From the NCBI GenBank assembly GCA_951406725.2, contig OX597819.1, positions 5,704,001 through 5,768,000 on the forward strand: a stretch of 64,000 bases of DNA. Reading direction: 5' to 3'. The notes beneath the pieces are model-generated. The model had not been told where the DNA came from. It did not search any database and was given only the letters and a program-made list of their open reading frames with translations. Both the position numbers and the translations under genes were made by a program. Shown one piece after another: positions 13,082 through 27,348 of this stretch (within the stretch, counting starts at the first letter, position 1; each line of letters starts with the position of its first letter). Source of the DNA: Octopus vulgaris (Eukaryota).

Positions 13082-15590
13082 GCGAGCTCAAAGAAAGAAC
13101 TTCCGCAATTCCAAACGGCCTTAAATTAAAGGACGATATTGGGCATAAAACTAAGGCGACGAGATGGAAGAATCGTTAGCACACCGGGCAAAATGCTTAG
13201 CAGTACTTCGTGTGTCTTTACGTTCTGAGTTCAATTTCCACCGAGGCTTACTTTACTTTTCGGGTCGATGAAATAATTACCAGTTACACACTGGGGCCCA
13301 TGTAATAGATTATCCTCCTCCCTCAAAATGTCAGGTCTTGTGCATATAATAGAAAAGATATTAGGGAAGAAACTAAAGCGGCAAGCTGGCAGAATCGTGA
13401 GTATGCCGGGCAAAATGCTTAGTAGCAGTTCGTAGGTTTTTATGTTCTGAGCTCAAATCCCTCCGAAGTCGGCTTTGGTTTTCATCCTCATCGCGGTCGA
13501 CACCAACACCGAAATTACTGTCCTTTTGCCAGAACTTGAAACCGATATTAGGTAGGAATCTGATGATTGTTTGCTACGGTGATCACCCTGAAGTTTTCTA
13601 TCTAATTAGACCTTCTTAGCGAAGTATTGTCCAGTCATAGCTGCTGAGGTCTTAGAATGACAATGGCATTTTATGTGAAAATAATTCACTGATTCGGCAA
13701 AATAACGGCACTAAGAAATTTCCAATGTCTGCGTAGTGTTAGAACGTATAGTTATTTGAAAAACGTGTACAGCTGTTACCACTTAATCCATGGACATATG
13801 GTGTATACAAATTGTCTGTTTACATGTTCTACAATACATAGCGTTTATATTCCTCGCTAGTAGTTTATCAAATGACGGCTTCAATTCTAGTACTTGTAAT
13901 ATATTGTTAGTTTTGAGTAAAATCTCATAGAAGCTAGTAAATTAGTATCAAATTTAATTTTTTTAATGAGATTTTAATGATTCAAATTCACTGTTTTTAT
14001 GAGGTTTTAGTATTCATTCATTCAATTACTAAAATACTTTTAACAAATGTAGTGTACTGTCTGTGCACTGAATACATTTTAACTGGGTGTTATATATATT
14101 GTGTCTGTGGTTGAGTACGGTTAGGGCGCGGATATGATATGGTATTTGAGTATCCTTTGTTAACCAAAGTTTCTTAACGCTCATCATAAAGCTTCTATTG
14201 TAGGCGAAAATTTAACAGTTAGAAGCACAAAGTAAATTCTTTTATTCTGCTACTTGTTTCAGTCATTTGACTGCGGCCATGCTGGAGCACCAAGTTAAAA
14301 GGGCTTTTAGTTGAAGAAATCGACCCTAGGACTTATTCTATCTAAGTCTAGTACTTATTCCATCGGTCTCTTTTGCCGAACTATTAGTTTACGTGGACAT
14401 AAACACACAAACATCTGTTGTCAAATAATTGAGGGTGGGGGGGACAAACATAAACACAAAAACACACACGCACATAAATACACACACACATACATACGAC
14501 GGGCTTCTTTCAGTTTCCGTTTACCAAATCCACTCATAAGGCTTTGGTCGGGCCACGGCCATAGGAGAAGACACTTGCCCTAGGTGTCACACAGTGGGAC
14601 TGAACCCAAAACCGTGTGGTTGGAAAGCAAGCTTCTTACTACACAGCTACGCCTGCAGACATTTTATATTCATAAGGACATTTATTGGCACCATGATACA
14701 TGTGTATGTGTGGGTCTGTGAGCACACACATACGCGCAAATACATAGATCACGAAGGTATACAGTGACACTGAAATATTTCAAAAGAATATTTTCTGTAT
14801 GGGAAGTATATACTTTGGTGTCGGCTTCTATACTTAATGCATCGTAGCATTAAAGAAAAGCGAGCACAAAGAAAGAACTTCCGCAATTCCAAACGGCCTT
14901 AAATTAAAGGACGATATTGGGCATGAAACTAAGGCGACGAGATGGAAGAATCGTTAGCACACCGGGCAAAATGCTTAGCAGTACTTCGTGTGTCTTTACG
15001 TTCTGAGTTCAATTTCCACCGAGGCTTACTTTACTTTTCGGGTCGATGAAATAATTACCAGTTACACACTGGGGCCCATGTAATTGATTATCCCCCTCCC
15101 TCAAAATGTCAGGTCTTGTGCGTATAATAGAAAAGATATTAGGGAAGAAACTAAAGCGGCAAGCTGGCAGAATCGTGAGTATGCCGGGCAAAATGTTTAG
15201 TAGCAGTTCGTAGGTTTTTATGTTTTGAGCTCAAATCCCTCCGAAGTCGGCTTTGGTTTTCATCCCTATCGGGATCGATAAAATAAGTACCAGCTGGTCA
15301 CTAGAGTAGATATCATCGACTTACACCAACACCGAAATTACTGTCCTTTTGCCAGAACTTGAAACCGATATTAGGTAGGAATCTGATGATTGTTTGCTAC
15401 GGTGATCACCCTAAAGTGCTTCTGTCTTATTAGACCTCCTTAGCGAAGCGTTGTCCAGTGATAGCTACTGAGGTCTAAGAATGACAAGGGCATTTTATGT
15501 GAAAATAATTCACTGATTCGGCAAAATAACGGCACTAAGAACTTTCCAATGTCTGCGTAGTGTTAGAACGTATAGTTATTTGAAAAACGT
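13082..15590 (+). repeat. Local direct duplication of ~700 bp (13082-13766 and 14860-15590)
   Basis: Same unique sequence and the same two family B SINEs in both copies. The first copy lacks ~45 bp near 13500. Confidence 0.92.
14250..14657 (-). mobile_element. SINE family A, diverged copy
   Basis: Reverse-complement homology to 5464-5880. Confidence 0.8.
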
Positions 15591-16988
15591 AAAGGTATAG
15601 GAAAAACATATTATTAATTGTAAACTACCATACTTTAGTTGGTAAACCGAACCTGGAACTGTGGGGTTGCATGCACTCATTTAAAATATGTACACGATAG
15701 GAAAACTGCAAAGTTCATATGATGCCCACTCCCTCCCTAGACAGAATTGTAAAGCAGTCATAAGTAAGGAATGCGTTACAATCCTGCAGATAATACTTTA
15801 TAATTTACTAAGTCGGCAAGCTGGCAGAATCGTTAACACGCTGAGCAAAATGCCAAACGGCATTTCGTCCGTCTGAACGTTCTGAGTTCAAATTTCATTG
15901 GGGTCGACTTTCGGAGACATTAAAATAAGTACCAGTTGAACACTAGGGTCGATGTAATCAACTTATCCTTCACTGAAATTGCTGGCCTTGTGTAAAAATT
16001 TAAAACCAGTAGTTTTACATTTTCAGTACTCTCCCCTCTATGTTAATAGTTTCAATTCTTCCAGTATTGTCTCTGTATTTCATATTTTCCATAATGTTAA
16101 AATAAATACTGGTTTCGAATTTTGGCACAAGGCCAGCAAGTTCGGGGGAGGAGATAAGTTGATAGCATCGAGCCCCGAACTCAGCTGGCTCTTATTTTCT
16201 CGACCCCGAAAGGATGAAAGGTGAAGCCTCTACGGAATTTGAACTTAGGGCGTAGACATTTTGACCGGTATACTAAAGATTCTGAAAGTTCGTCGCCTTG
16301 TACAAAATAAATATAAGTAATATACTGATTTTATTTCAGTTGAAATATAATTTTTCTTTGATAATTCCGTTGGACTTTGTTTGAATTCAGACATTGCATT
16401 TAACTAAAAGTACAAAAACTTCTAGATATGGAAATTGAAAACCCATCCGTGGCATTCAATTTTGAAGTAGCACAACAAACGTTGCAAGTACCGATATGGA
16501 TTTTACTCATAACTTCTATCCTATTCTTAGGTGGAAACCTGTTGTAAGAGACTATATCGTTTTTAACTAAAGAACATTTCTGGATAAACAAACAACACCA
16601 AAATAAAGAAAGCAAAAAACAAAAAAGACCCCTTTCTCTTATACTGAAATCCTATACCCTGTTTTATTATTCAAGTAAACTCTGTTTCAGATAAGTGAAG
16701 CGGGCAACTCATAGTCTCCTCTTTCCGAATCGTGCCCTTTTTTTATTTGAAAATCTGCTGTGATAGCGAAATTCATGGGGGCAAAGAATCTGTAACATAT
16801 ATAGATTTAATACGATAATTAAGCGTTATCACTCGCCATTACAATACAGTACATAAACATTCACGTCTTCTTGGATGCACACACGCATTTACAATCATAC
16901 TCAAATACTTTTTAAAACAGAGCGTGAGACTTTGCTTTCAGAGAATGTATATTTGTGATTTTATCGAGATGCTTGTATGTGTATACAT

Positions 16989-17060
<72 letters not shown>

Positions 17061-17146
17061 ACATACACACACACAAACACACACATATACATATACAGAT
17101 ATGCGCGCACACGCATATGTATATATATAAATATATATATAGATAG

Positions 17147-17191
<45 letters not shown>

Positions 17192-17200
17192 TATGTATGC

Positions 17201-17233
<33 letters not shown>

Positions 17234-17764
17234 ACAGAGAGAGAGAGGTGAGTGTGTATGAGTGTTTGCGCGTGTGCATTAATAATTATACCGTGTGTTT
17301 TCAAAAAGCGCACGCTTAATATGTACAAGGTAGGACAAAAGTCACAAATAAAATAAGTTCAATACGTTCCCGAATTGTTAAAGACATGCATCATTTTTTT
17401 TCTAAAATTGATTGAAACAAATGAAATAATCCTACACAAGACACAATCAAACAAAACAACCCCAAGACACAAGACACATTCTATATGGCAATTATCCAAT
17501 GAAATAAACTTCCACCAGCAAGCTAGACTGATGATGTCATTCCATCAACGTGGGAACGCTGGTTGCCTCGTTCAAATTTTGGATCTGAATTTCTATAATT
17601 TTGAATTTTTACGTATCACTTTCGATTTTGAACTCTGCAAAAACAGGTTAGCTGTTGAAATATCGTTCAACCAATAAAATATCTATAGTAATCGCATCGC
17701 GCTCTTCGTATTGTCTATTTACCTTTGTGGGGAGTTACGTTAATCCTTTTGAATAATAATAATG

Positions 17765-17827
<63 letters not shown>

Positions 17828-17917
17828 GCCGCAGGCGTGGATGTGCGGTAAGAAGCTTGCTTTCCAACCCCATAGTTCCGTGTTCAGTCACGCTGCGTGG
17901 CACTTTGGGCACATGTC

Positions 17918-18388
17918 TTCTACATCTCTCAACGGGAGATATTCCGCAATAGTACTTTAAAGTAAATATTATTATTTGCCAACATAATGTGGCATTACCG
18001 GTTGGGACGAATGTTACTGTTATTTAGCCCCAGGAGACATCGTCCCCAGCTGGTTATATGACACACTATCTCTGTTTCGAACAGGGGAGTTTAGCATCCC
18101 CACTCAGCATAAAGCAATATTTCCATACTGCGGTTTCTAGGTTATTTCCTTTTCTCAGCACAAAATAACTGCTAGGCTAGAGATGGCGCTGCTAAATTCC
18201 TGTTCGAACATACATATAATTTTGAAAGTGACACACAGATAGTGTGTCGTAATGCCAGCTAGAGACGATGCTTCCTGGGGCTAAATAGCAGTAGCATTCG
18301 TCCCAACCGGGACTACCACATTATGTTGGTAAATAATCTTTACTTTGGGGGTACTGTTACTGAATGTCTCTCGTTGAGAGATTTAGAA
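17918..18388 (-). mobile_element. Older fold-back element of a related family, with imperfect arms and a degenerate hammerhead
   Basis: Arms of ~150-175 bp. Shares gccccaggaga(a)catcgtc.ccagctgg with the 31224 element. Minus strand CUGAGAA-AAGG..CCU-A-GAAA-CCGCAG-UA at 18123-18160. Confidence 0.75.
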
Positions 18389-18429
18389 ATAATAATTTTT
18401 CTATTTATTAGATCAGTGACTGTGTATCA

Positions 18430-20705
18430 CTTTGAAGATTATATTTTTTGGTTCATGTGTTTCTTCACTTTTTGGGAGCAAGAATGTTAAACCATTAACT
18501 AGCCAAGCAGGCATCCTACTAGGGTGTTGCAAAACAACATTGTAAAGTTCTGTTAGCAGTTCATTGCCCTCTGGGAAGGCATTCAACCAGAAGTTAGGAA
18601 TTTTATCCTTTCCTGGAGACTTCCATTTGCTTGACCTCCTGAGAGCAGATCTTACATCTTCTACCTCGACACCCTCCCACTTTTGCTCCTCTAAGGAGTA
18701 CAAGTCCGTAGCTATTCTATCAATCCAAGGGGCCTTTTCGTTGTGTGTTTTTTCTTCTGCCCAAATTTTATTCCAAAAACCGTGCACTTCGTCTTTTGAT
18801 GGTACAGACTTTACAGTAACTGGTGTTTTCCCTATCTTCCTGTAAAAACTTTTGGGGGTATTTTTTAACATGTTGTCCTTGAAGAATCTAACACGCTTTT
18901 CATACATCGCTATGCGGGCAGCTTTAGCAGATACCTTTTGCTTGATGGTTTCTCTGGGGGCATCAATATCAAGTATAGTTTTCATATATTCTTTTCTTTA
19001 ATTTTGGGGTTTTTGTAGGTTTGGTAGTCTTGTCAACCTTAAGATTTTTCAAACATTCAATGTCAGATCTAAGTAGTTTAATTTTATGTTGGATACGCTC
19101 TTGCCAAGAAGGCTTTTTGTAGGAATGTTGCCGTTTTCTAATCTTTTCACCACATAGAATCGTTGAGATTTTCGCGGATGCATAGTAAAGGTGGTTGAGA
19201 TCTGTGATGTTAACATCATTAGCTGAAATTATATCCTTAAGTGCAAGGCGGATTTTACCAATTATTTTCATGTTTTGGTTAGAGTTGCGGATTCTAGGGA
19301 GTGTATCGCGTTCATACATATTGGTTTCTTTAAGTTCCAGCCATTCAATATTGATTTGATTCTTTAGTTCACGTAGTTCATTTGGGTTAATATTTGTGTG
19401 ACTTTCTTCTATTTGATGTTCATTTGTCTTAGTGTTTATGATTGGTTCAGTGAGTATTTCACTTTGCCTATCAGTTATACTAACTCTTTCAATCCTTATT
19501 GCGTTTTTATCAGCCCTGGGCTGGTCTATAATTATTTCCTCTGTATTATCTTCTTTAACTGCGGCTTCGTTTGTCATTTATGCTTTCCTCGTTTGTCATT
19601 TATGCTTTCCTTTCATTGTAATCTCATTTCAGTTGCCTTAATACCAGGCATCCTCCGGAGACCAAAAGTAGCAAGGGCACTTTTGTTTTGCTATGCATGC
19701 TAAAATTATCACCATGTTTATTCCATTTTAGATGGACAATGCTTTCCGTAGTATATGGGCTGTATCCATCAAGGTTATCTTTTGTATTCCACGGAGATTG
19801 GCGTCACCAAAGAGTTGCTTAATATACTTCTCAGCCCCCTTCTACTGGTATTATCGTAGTACTAAGCTTCCATATTTTTGTGACTTCAGTTTACAGATCT
19901 TTATAGTGAGAAAACTTTTCGCATTCCTTTCTTGAGACATTTTGATCTTGTGGGACAGACATATCTATTAACAGACAAGTTACTCTGTTGTAGTCCCTGA
20001 TCACAATGTCTGGTCGATTGGAGTCAATTTTTCTGTCTGTTTGTATTGGTAACTTCCAAAGGATAGTGACGCCCTCGCCATTTACTACATCATCTGGATG
20101 GTGCCTGTACCACTTATCATAGGATTTAATTTTGTAGTATTTACAAGCATTCCAGTGGATGGAATGCCCTAGTCTGTCATGTCTTATGAGGTAAATCCTG
20201 TCTACATCTGGATGGTGCACTCAGTACCTTGTAAAGGTGTTACGGATCTTTTCGTCCGTATTCTGCATGTCAGTGAGACTCCACTTAATAATACCGAAGC
20301 TATATCACTTATTGGTATGGCTAAAGAATTGATCCCATTAATTCTGTTAGCAGGATTTAATTCTGAGTTTAGGACCATTCTTACCCTTCGGTAGCATTCT
20401 TTGTGGATTTTCTCTTTCATTTTAGAGTGCTGGATACCATCACCTTCATTGGCTCCCAGATATTTGTATACTTCGGATTGGTCTAGGTTTCGAATAGCTG
20501 TGGTAGTATCAATTTCCTTGCCTCGAAAGAAGCCTTTGCATATTTATCATGTCCAAATTCCATACCTAGATCAGAGCTGAATTCTTTGACAATATTCAGG
20601 AGCTCTTCTAATTCTTTGTCGTTTTGGGTAAACAGTTTTAGATCATCCATATAGAGTAGATGATTAATTTTCTGGCCAAAGATCTTATACCCTCTCTTAG
20701 CATTA
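18430..20705 (-). mobile_element. Decayed R4/Dong-like non-LTR retrotransposon (RT plus restriction-like endonuclease), fragments in permuted order
   Basis: INHLLYMDDLKLF, ELNPANRINGINSLAIP, RHD..IHW..WY.H.P..ILW..PIQTDRKI..NRPDIVI..LLIDMSVP..K..Y.DL and TAHILRKAL-stop. These are followed downstream by N-terminal PSWQERI and WKSPGKDKIPNFWL..GLTFLLPK. Confidence 0.88.
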
Positions 20706-20749
20706 TTCATTTACGTGGATAAAGGGAACATGTTTGTGTGCATATGTGC

Positions 20750-20798
<49 letters not shown>

Positions 20799-22837
20799 TG
20801 TAACATACTGGCGACTCAGTAAAACTGGCGTGTGTTGAGGTGAAGTCTTCCCATAGGCAAAGTTAATCGCGATAGGATTGTTATCCTGCACTGGAGGAGA
20901 ACTATCTCTCATCCACTTAACGCCAAAAAGCAAAAGAAAGTGGAGGTAAACACCGTCACAAAGACCAGTAGAGTTTGTTTTTTCGTTTAGAACAACCTCG
21001 ACATGAACGCAGATAGATGATTGTGCGATTAAGTATTTCCTCACTGCCCTCAACGAAGCTTTCCACCAACAGCTTCAATAATGTTCTTGAAGTTGATTCG
21101 TTTCAAAACAATTATAAGGTTAAATTTCTTTTGTTTAGCTATACATGCATCTATGACACATTCTCAAACAATCACAAACAGCTCTGTAATATTTTTAATA
21201 AGGCCACATTACATAGTCATCTAAATCGTCGCTATAACCGGCACAAAAAAGCCAATCTATATTTGACAATCAACAGTTTTATTCCTTTACAGTTTATTTG
21301 ATAACTTTTCCTCTCTACAGACTATTAACCATCATATTTATTACCCATGTTCAGCCCTTTTCCCCTCTTCCTCTTCTTTTCCGTTCACCAGTTTTCAATT
21401 AACCTTAATATGACTTCCCCATGTCTCCCCGCCCCAAAGCTAAATCATACCAAAATCTTATCCGTCGCAATGTTGAGACATTTTGACAGTAAAATAATAT
21501 ATTAACATCTCTGCAAAACATTAAATCCCATCTGACATGGTCTATTGTGACATTCGGATTTGAAAAATTCTTTTTCATTTTGAACTTCTTTAACATTCAA
21601 TATGTTATTATCTTTGGCAATAATAACAAAGTGATCTCAGTTTCCTTCATGACTTCATTTGTATCTTAACATCCCTTCTCGCTTCCCAAAATTCCATATC
21701 CAGTTGGTCTGTCTCAAGAGAGGGGAAGATGTGGTAGGAGGGAGTCATACACTGACAACTAAAAAGAAAAAAAGAAATGCACTGCTTTCAATGAAACTAA
21801 CTAGCTTTTATCTTTCGACGAGGAAACGTTTTCAACACCAAACCAAATCACACCCTGTAGGAATTCCAAATTAGAAATGTTATTCCCACGAAGAGAACAT
21901 TCTAATTCTGTATCTGTATTTCTTGAACGAAAGTCTTGAGAAAATCGCTAGAAAATCAGTTGAACATTGCTCACCCTTCACGTGTTTGAGTAATCTGTAG
22001 TCGTAACCCTGAATTTAATCACGTCATCCATAGTCACATATTCTAAACTTCTACAATGTAACTAATTACGACGCAGAATTTCCGATGTAAACTCTAGAAT
22101 GAATTAAAATCGCTTAGACTTTTTTCAACGCTGTCATTTACAATAGGAAATTCGTAGTTGATTAATTCGAAATGACATTGGTGTAACAACCATACATTTA
22201 ACAGTTAAAAACATCATTCTACGGTCCTTTTCTGTCATCTCCCAGTCATAGATTAGGCGCGACGAGTCACCTACGCCAATGTAAGAAGCAAAATAACTAA
22301 AAAGAAAAATAAATGGCTTTGTGACATTGGTATGCTAGATTTAAAAATGACGCCTCGGCTGTAATAAAAGAAATGATTACATTCATAGCAAAAGCGAAAT
22401 TACTTGAACGTTATTCCCAAACTAACTCTTCCTTAGTGATTTTGACAATTTAAGAATGTAGGTGCAGAATGGCTGAATGATTCGTTTTGCATCCACGGGA
22501 TCCCTGAGTTTGCTCCCATTGAGGCAAATTCCATTTTCTAGGGTGGATCCAGACCTTGTGAGTGAATTAGGGAAACGAAAACTGTATAAAATCCAGTCGA
22601 GTAATTCAAAATGTACAGCCTTGTTACATAATGTGTCTTACTAATTTTTGTCCGAGAATTATGTTAAGGGCACTCATGGTTTTAAAATACCCAATCATGG
22701 TTTTAAAGTACCCAATCACTTTCATATCAATTTAGGAGCAAGCAATTTTCAGTTGATAGAACAGCTGAATAATCATCGTCAAAACTACGGAGATCCAACG
22801 AAAATCGTGTAAGGAATACAGAGAATATCTTTTTCGT

Positions 22838-23049
22838 TTTACTCGTTTCTGTCAATGGACTGTGGCCATGTTGGGGCACTGTATTGAAAGGTTTCTGTCG
22901 AACAAATCGACCGAAGTACTTATTTTAAAGTTTGGTACTTATTCTATCGTTTTTTTTTGTCGAACTGATAAGTTACGGGGGACAGAAACAAACCAATGCT
23001 ACTTGTTAAGCGGTGGTAAGGACAAATACAACACGAATCCCCCTCCCTC

Positions 23050-23123
<74 letters not shown>

Positions 23124-23298
23124 AATCATACGTAACACGGGATTCTTTCAGTTTCCGTTTACCGAATCATCTCATAAGACTTTTATCAGGCGAGGGCAAT
23201 AGTAGAAGACACTTGTCCAAGGTGCCATGCAGAGGGACTGAACCCAGAACCGTGTGACTGGGAAGCAAGATTCTTATTACGGAGCAGCGTCTGTGCCT
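22838..23298 (-). mobile_element. SINE family A, diverged copy with internal (TCTA)n
   Basis: Reverse-complement homology to 5464-5880. Confidence 0.75.
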
Positions 23299-24238
23299 AG
23301 GGGAAATTAATTTTACTATGTGCAACAAGGAAAAACAAAAAACAAAAAAAAAAACTAAAAACCTTCACATCCTCACCAATGAAATAATTTAGATCCTGGA
23401 ATCAGGCTTCTAATTCAAGCTGCCCTGCTTACCCTGATGGATCTTTCGTTTATTTATTGTATAGAAAACCTCTCATGAATTTAGACAAAGCAGCACAGAA
23501 CTATTCTTGTGTTGATATCATTTTAAGATGAAATCTTCGGTAGTGTCTCAACAAAATAATTTCTTATACTTTGGTAGGATTTGAAAATCAAACCAGAAAT
23601 ATATATTAAAACATTCGTTCGAAACTTTGCTGACGTAATTTTAGGGGCTTTGTATTATGGGGGCCTGGCATTATGGGGGAAAGGGGTTGGTCAGATAGAT
23701 TCAGTGCGCAACTGGTACTTATTTTATCGACCCCGAGAGGATAGGAGGCAGAATTTTAACTACGATCATTAAATTAGAAGAAATGAAGTTAAGAGTTTTG
23801 CCCGGCAGAGCAACGATTCTGCCAGCTCATCGTCTTCACAAACAGAAAAGAAAAAGAAAAGAAAAAAAACCACTGCTATTTGCGTCTCATTTAATGAAAA
23901 TATGACAAATGTGTCAGATGTCATGCATTAAGAACACAAACACGCTTTAAGGTTAGAACGCTATCAACTCAATTTCAAATTTATCTTGCTACTTAATTTT
24001 CATATTTCTTAATCGCTGATTATCTACTTAGAGTTTTGTTTGTACGTATATGGAAAAAATGCATACTCGGAGGCATGCATACATGCATTCATACATACAT
24101 AACGCCCAAGCGTCAAATTTCCCAAAATTTTAATCTGTCGACCAATTTATTATTAATGCGCTACTTTGTTTTGGCTCTCCTCCCTTTAAACCTCTCACAG
24201 AACATTTCTGAACAGCATTGTTAGACATTAGTATTTTC

Positions 24239-24308
<70 letters not shown>

Positions 24309-24627
24309 TAAATTAGAGATAAAACCACTATTAGGCAACTCAATATATATATATATATATATGTAAATAATATTATATTATATTATATTACGAATGTGAC
24401 AAAGACAAAGAAGGTTTTATAAATGTACAATAAATATTTTCTGATAGGGGTTGTCAGTAAATTATTTTGAATATAGAACATAGAGAAAATAATTGCTGCA
24501 TTCCAGTGAAACAATGAAGTTGTTTGCATTTACGTCACTACAACAAACAAGTATATATTATGTTATTTTTAGCTAAATATGCTACGACGATGTCTGCCCT
24601 GCAGACCTTAAGCTGCTGCTGCTACTG

Positions 24628-24695
<68 letters not shown>

Positions 24696-24850
24696 TCTTC
24701 CTTATATTGACATGGACCTTAACACATTTCGGAAAGTGGGGAAACGGTGCAAAATTTAAGGTAGAATGAGGGTAAACTGCTCTGAAATTAAGATCGAACA
24801 ATGCAAAGTCACCCTCTTGCACTTGTATCCGACAGTGTGGTTGATACTAT

Positions 24851-24904
<54 letters not shown>

Positions 24905-24907
<3 letters not shown>

Positions 24908-25190
24908 GTTAGTTAATTTTTTGGCTCAAAAAGCAAAAAGCAAGGCCATGTAGGTGGACATGGAGTTATGTACAGGGTGGTGTTCATGTAAAGAGTTCAG
25001 GCTATTTCTGGTCAAGAGAGACTTTGAACAGAGCGGTCGTCAGCATCTTCACCATCTCGTCTGGCAGCTTATTCCACAGATTCGCAACCCGGATGGAGAA
25101 AGCCCCTCTCCTTCGATTGAGATGAAATCGCCGCAGATAGAGCTTTTCGGAATGACCCCGCAGCCGACGCTCTGGAGCAGGAGTGAATAA
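24905..25190 (-). mobile_element. CR1-type LINE 3' end
   Basis: LRGHSEKL..RRGAFSIRVANLWNKLP..FKVSLD is a typical CR1 ORF2 C-terminus. Short 3' UTR ending in (TAAC)n. Confidence 0.85.
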
Positions 25191-25344
25191 CAGCTGTGTG
25201 TGTGTATGTGTGTGTGTGTGCGTGTGTATGTGTGATTTGGGGATAATGATGGAAATAAATAAACAAACAGGTTTGGACTTCATATATAAAATATACATAC
25301 ATACATGTAAATGTATATAGAGATATATATAGAGAGAAGGAGAC

Positions 25345-25700
25345 AAAAACTAGAAATATTCAGATGAACATTCATGTATAAGCAAATAGAGATTTATATA
25401 TTTACCGAACATGGAGTACAAAAGATACAGAAAATTCAGGGAAGAGGGCATAGTATTTCAGATCCGACAGGAATTTCTTCGGAATTATGTATTGGTTATG
25501 TATTGGCAGACGGAGTGTGCAAAAAGTCAAGGATATGCAACCAGTAATGGATGCATATAAACATTGTTGTAAATCTGGCCTCCGTCTTCAGGTTGTAAAG
25601 ATTGACATCTAACATTTCAGATCATAATGCAGGGAATTTAAGGGCAGAATGGGTGATGTATAAGGCAAACAGAAGTAGGTGGAAGGAAAGAGTAGGCCGT
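25345..25700 (-). mobile_element. Penelope-type terminal region, related to 29930-30210 in the opposite orientation
   Basis: Shared blocks ctgaagacg..atgtttatatgcatcca..ccttgacttt.tgcacactcc and tgcttatacatgaatgttcatctgaatatt. Confidence 0.6.
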
Positions 25701-25807
25701 TCAGTGTGAGAGAGGGAGTCACGGCTGTTACCTGTGGTAACTGACCATACGACTAGACCTGCACGGATCAATTCCAACACCAGCGCTAGTAGTTAAAGCT
25801 GTAACTC

Positions 25808-26210
25808 TGTCCACTCGGAGGTTTCTGTCTCTGCAATAATGGAGTCTATAAATGCCGGGTTGTAACACCACGCTTCCACCAGGCAAAAGATCTACACTGG
25901 CGGCACAGTCGATTTCAAGCGTTGCTACTGAACACATACGAATTCTTTCTCCAATCGAACCCCTAAACTATGTCACTTTCAAGCGACTTACATATACAAC
26001 ATGAGGTCCCAAAATATTCCATACACCCTATCCTGGTCCATTATCTGCGATGCTTTCCGCACATCACTAATCTCAGAATATGTAAATTGTGTTTAGGGGA
26101 ATAGCTCCCAATCCTCATCCTCCTCAGCCCCTCATTACTCAATAGATTCTCAGATGTAACCCTTTCAAGTAAGCACAAATGTTATTCATCGTTTGCCCAT
26201 TACATAAAGT
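25808..26210 (+). pseudogene. Decayed Naiad-type GIY-YIG endonuclease fragment (not in the ORF track)
   Basis: Manual translation across frameshifts: CPLGGFCLCNNGVYKCRV / KIYTGGTVDFKRCY*THTNSFSNR..TYIYNMRSQNIPYTLSWSII / CKLCLGE*LPILI..LLNRFSD..KHK. Confidence 0.85.
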
Positions 26211-26289
26211 CTATATAATAAATTTCATTACGAAACAAGCTTAAACTACAACTTAGCTGTGTTAGCAACATACCCCTCCTACTTATGCT

Positions 26290-26388
<99 letters not shown>

Positions 26389-26495
26389 CCTGCTCGCTTA
26401 GCCAGCGGGGTGGCGTCATTCGAAGGCTAAAACAATGCGAACGCATTGTGACCAGCGATGTGTAGCAACATATGATGGTCTGGTCGGTCACGTGG

Positions 26496-26582
<87 letters not shown>

Positions 26583-26959
26583 TATATAATTAATATACGG
26601 AGCAAATAATTCACGAAAAACTAATTTGCGAAGATGCCATTAACTTTGTTATTATCTAGTGTAACAATTTAAAAATTATAATAACAGAATCAATAATATA
26701 AGCGATTGCAGGCTCCCCACAAAAGTATCAAATTACTGAAGGATTAAAATTAATCAAAGGATATACTAAGTATGTCTACCTGCTGGAAATGTGGTATGTC
26801 CACGTCCCCGTAACATAGGGGTTCGGCAAAAAAAAAGACGATAGAATAAGTACTAGGCTTACACAGAATAAGACCCAGGGTGGATTTATTCGACTAAAGG
26901 TGGTAGTCCAGCATGGCTACAGTCAAATTACTGAAACTGCTGGCAGAAGCGGATCTTAG

Positions 26960-27348
26960 ATGGATGGAAGCACTCCGTCGGTTACGACGATGAGGGTTCC
27001 GGTTGATCAGAATCAACGGAACAGCCTGCTCGTGAAATTAACGTGTAACTGGCTGAGCACTCCACAGACACGTGCACCCTTAACGTAGTTCTCGGGGATA
27101 TTCAGCGTGACACAGAGAGTGACAAGGCCGGCCCCTTGAAATACAGGTACAACAGAAACAGGAAGTAAGAGTGAGAAAAGTTGTGGTGAAAGAGTACAGC
27201 AGGGATCACCACCATCCCCTGACGGAGCCTCGTGAAGCGTTTAGGTGTTTTCACTCAATAAACACTCACAACGCCCGGTCTGGGAATCGAAACCGCGATC
27301 CTATGACCGCGAGTCCGCTGCCCTAACCACTGGGCCATTGCGCTTCCA
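26960..27348 (-). mobile_element. SINE family C with TSD
   Basis: TSD ggatcttag at 26951-26959 and 27350-27358. Confidence 0.9.

Noticed and set aside
25455-25595. CUGAAGA box with a CGGAG/CUCCG stem as a hammerhead (also at 29941)
   Set aside because: No correctly placed GAAA, stem III or UH follows the stem in either copy.
25925-25935. In-frame TGA in the decayed Naiad endonuclease as selenocysteine
   Set aside because: It is not at a conserved Cys position and the fragment has other stops and frameshifts. CGA>TGA decay is a simpler explanation.
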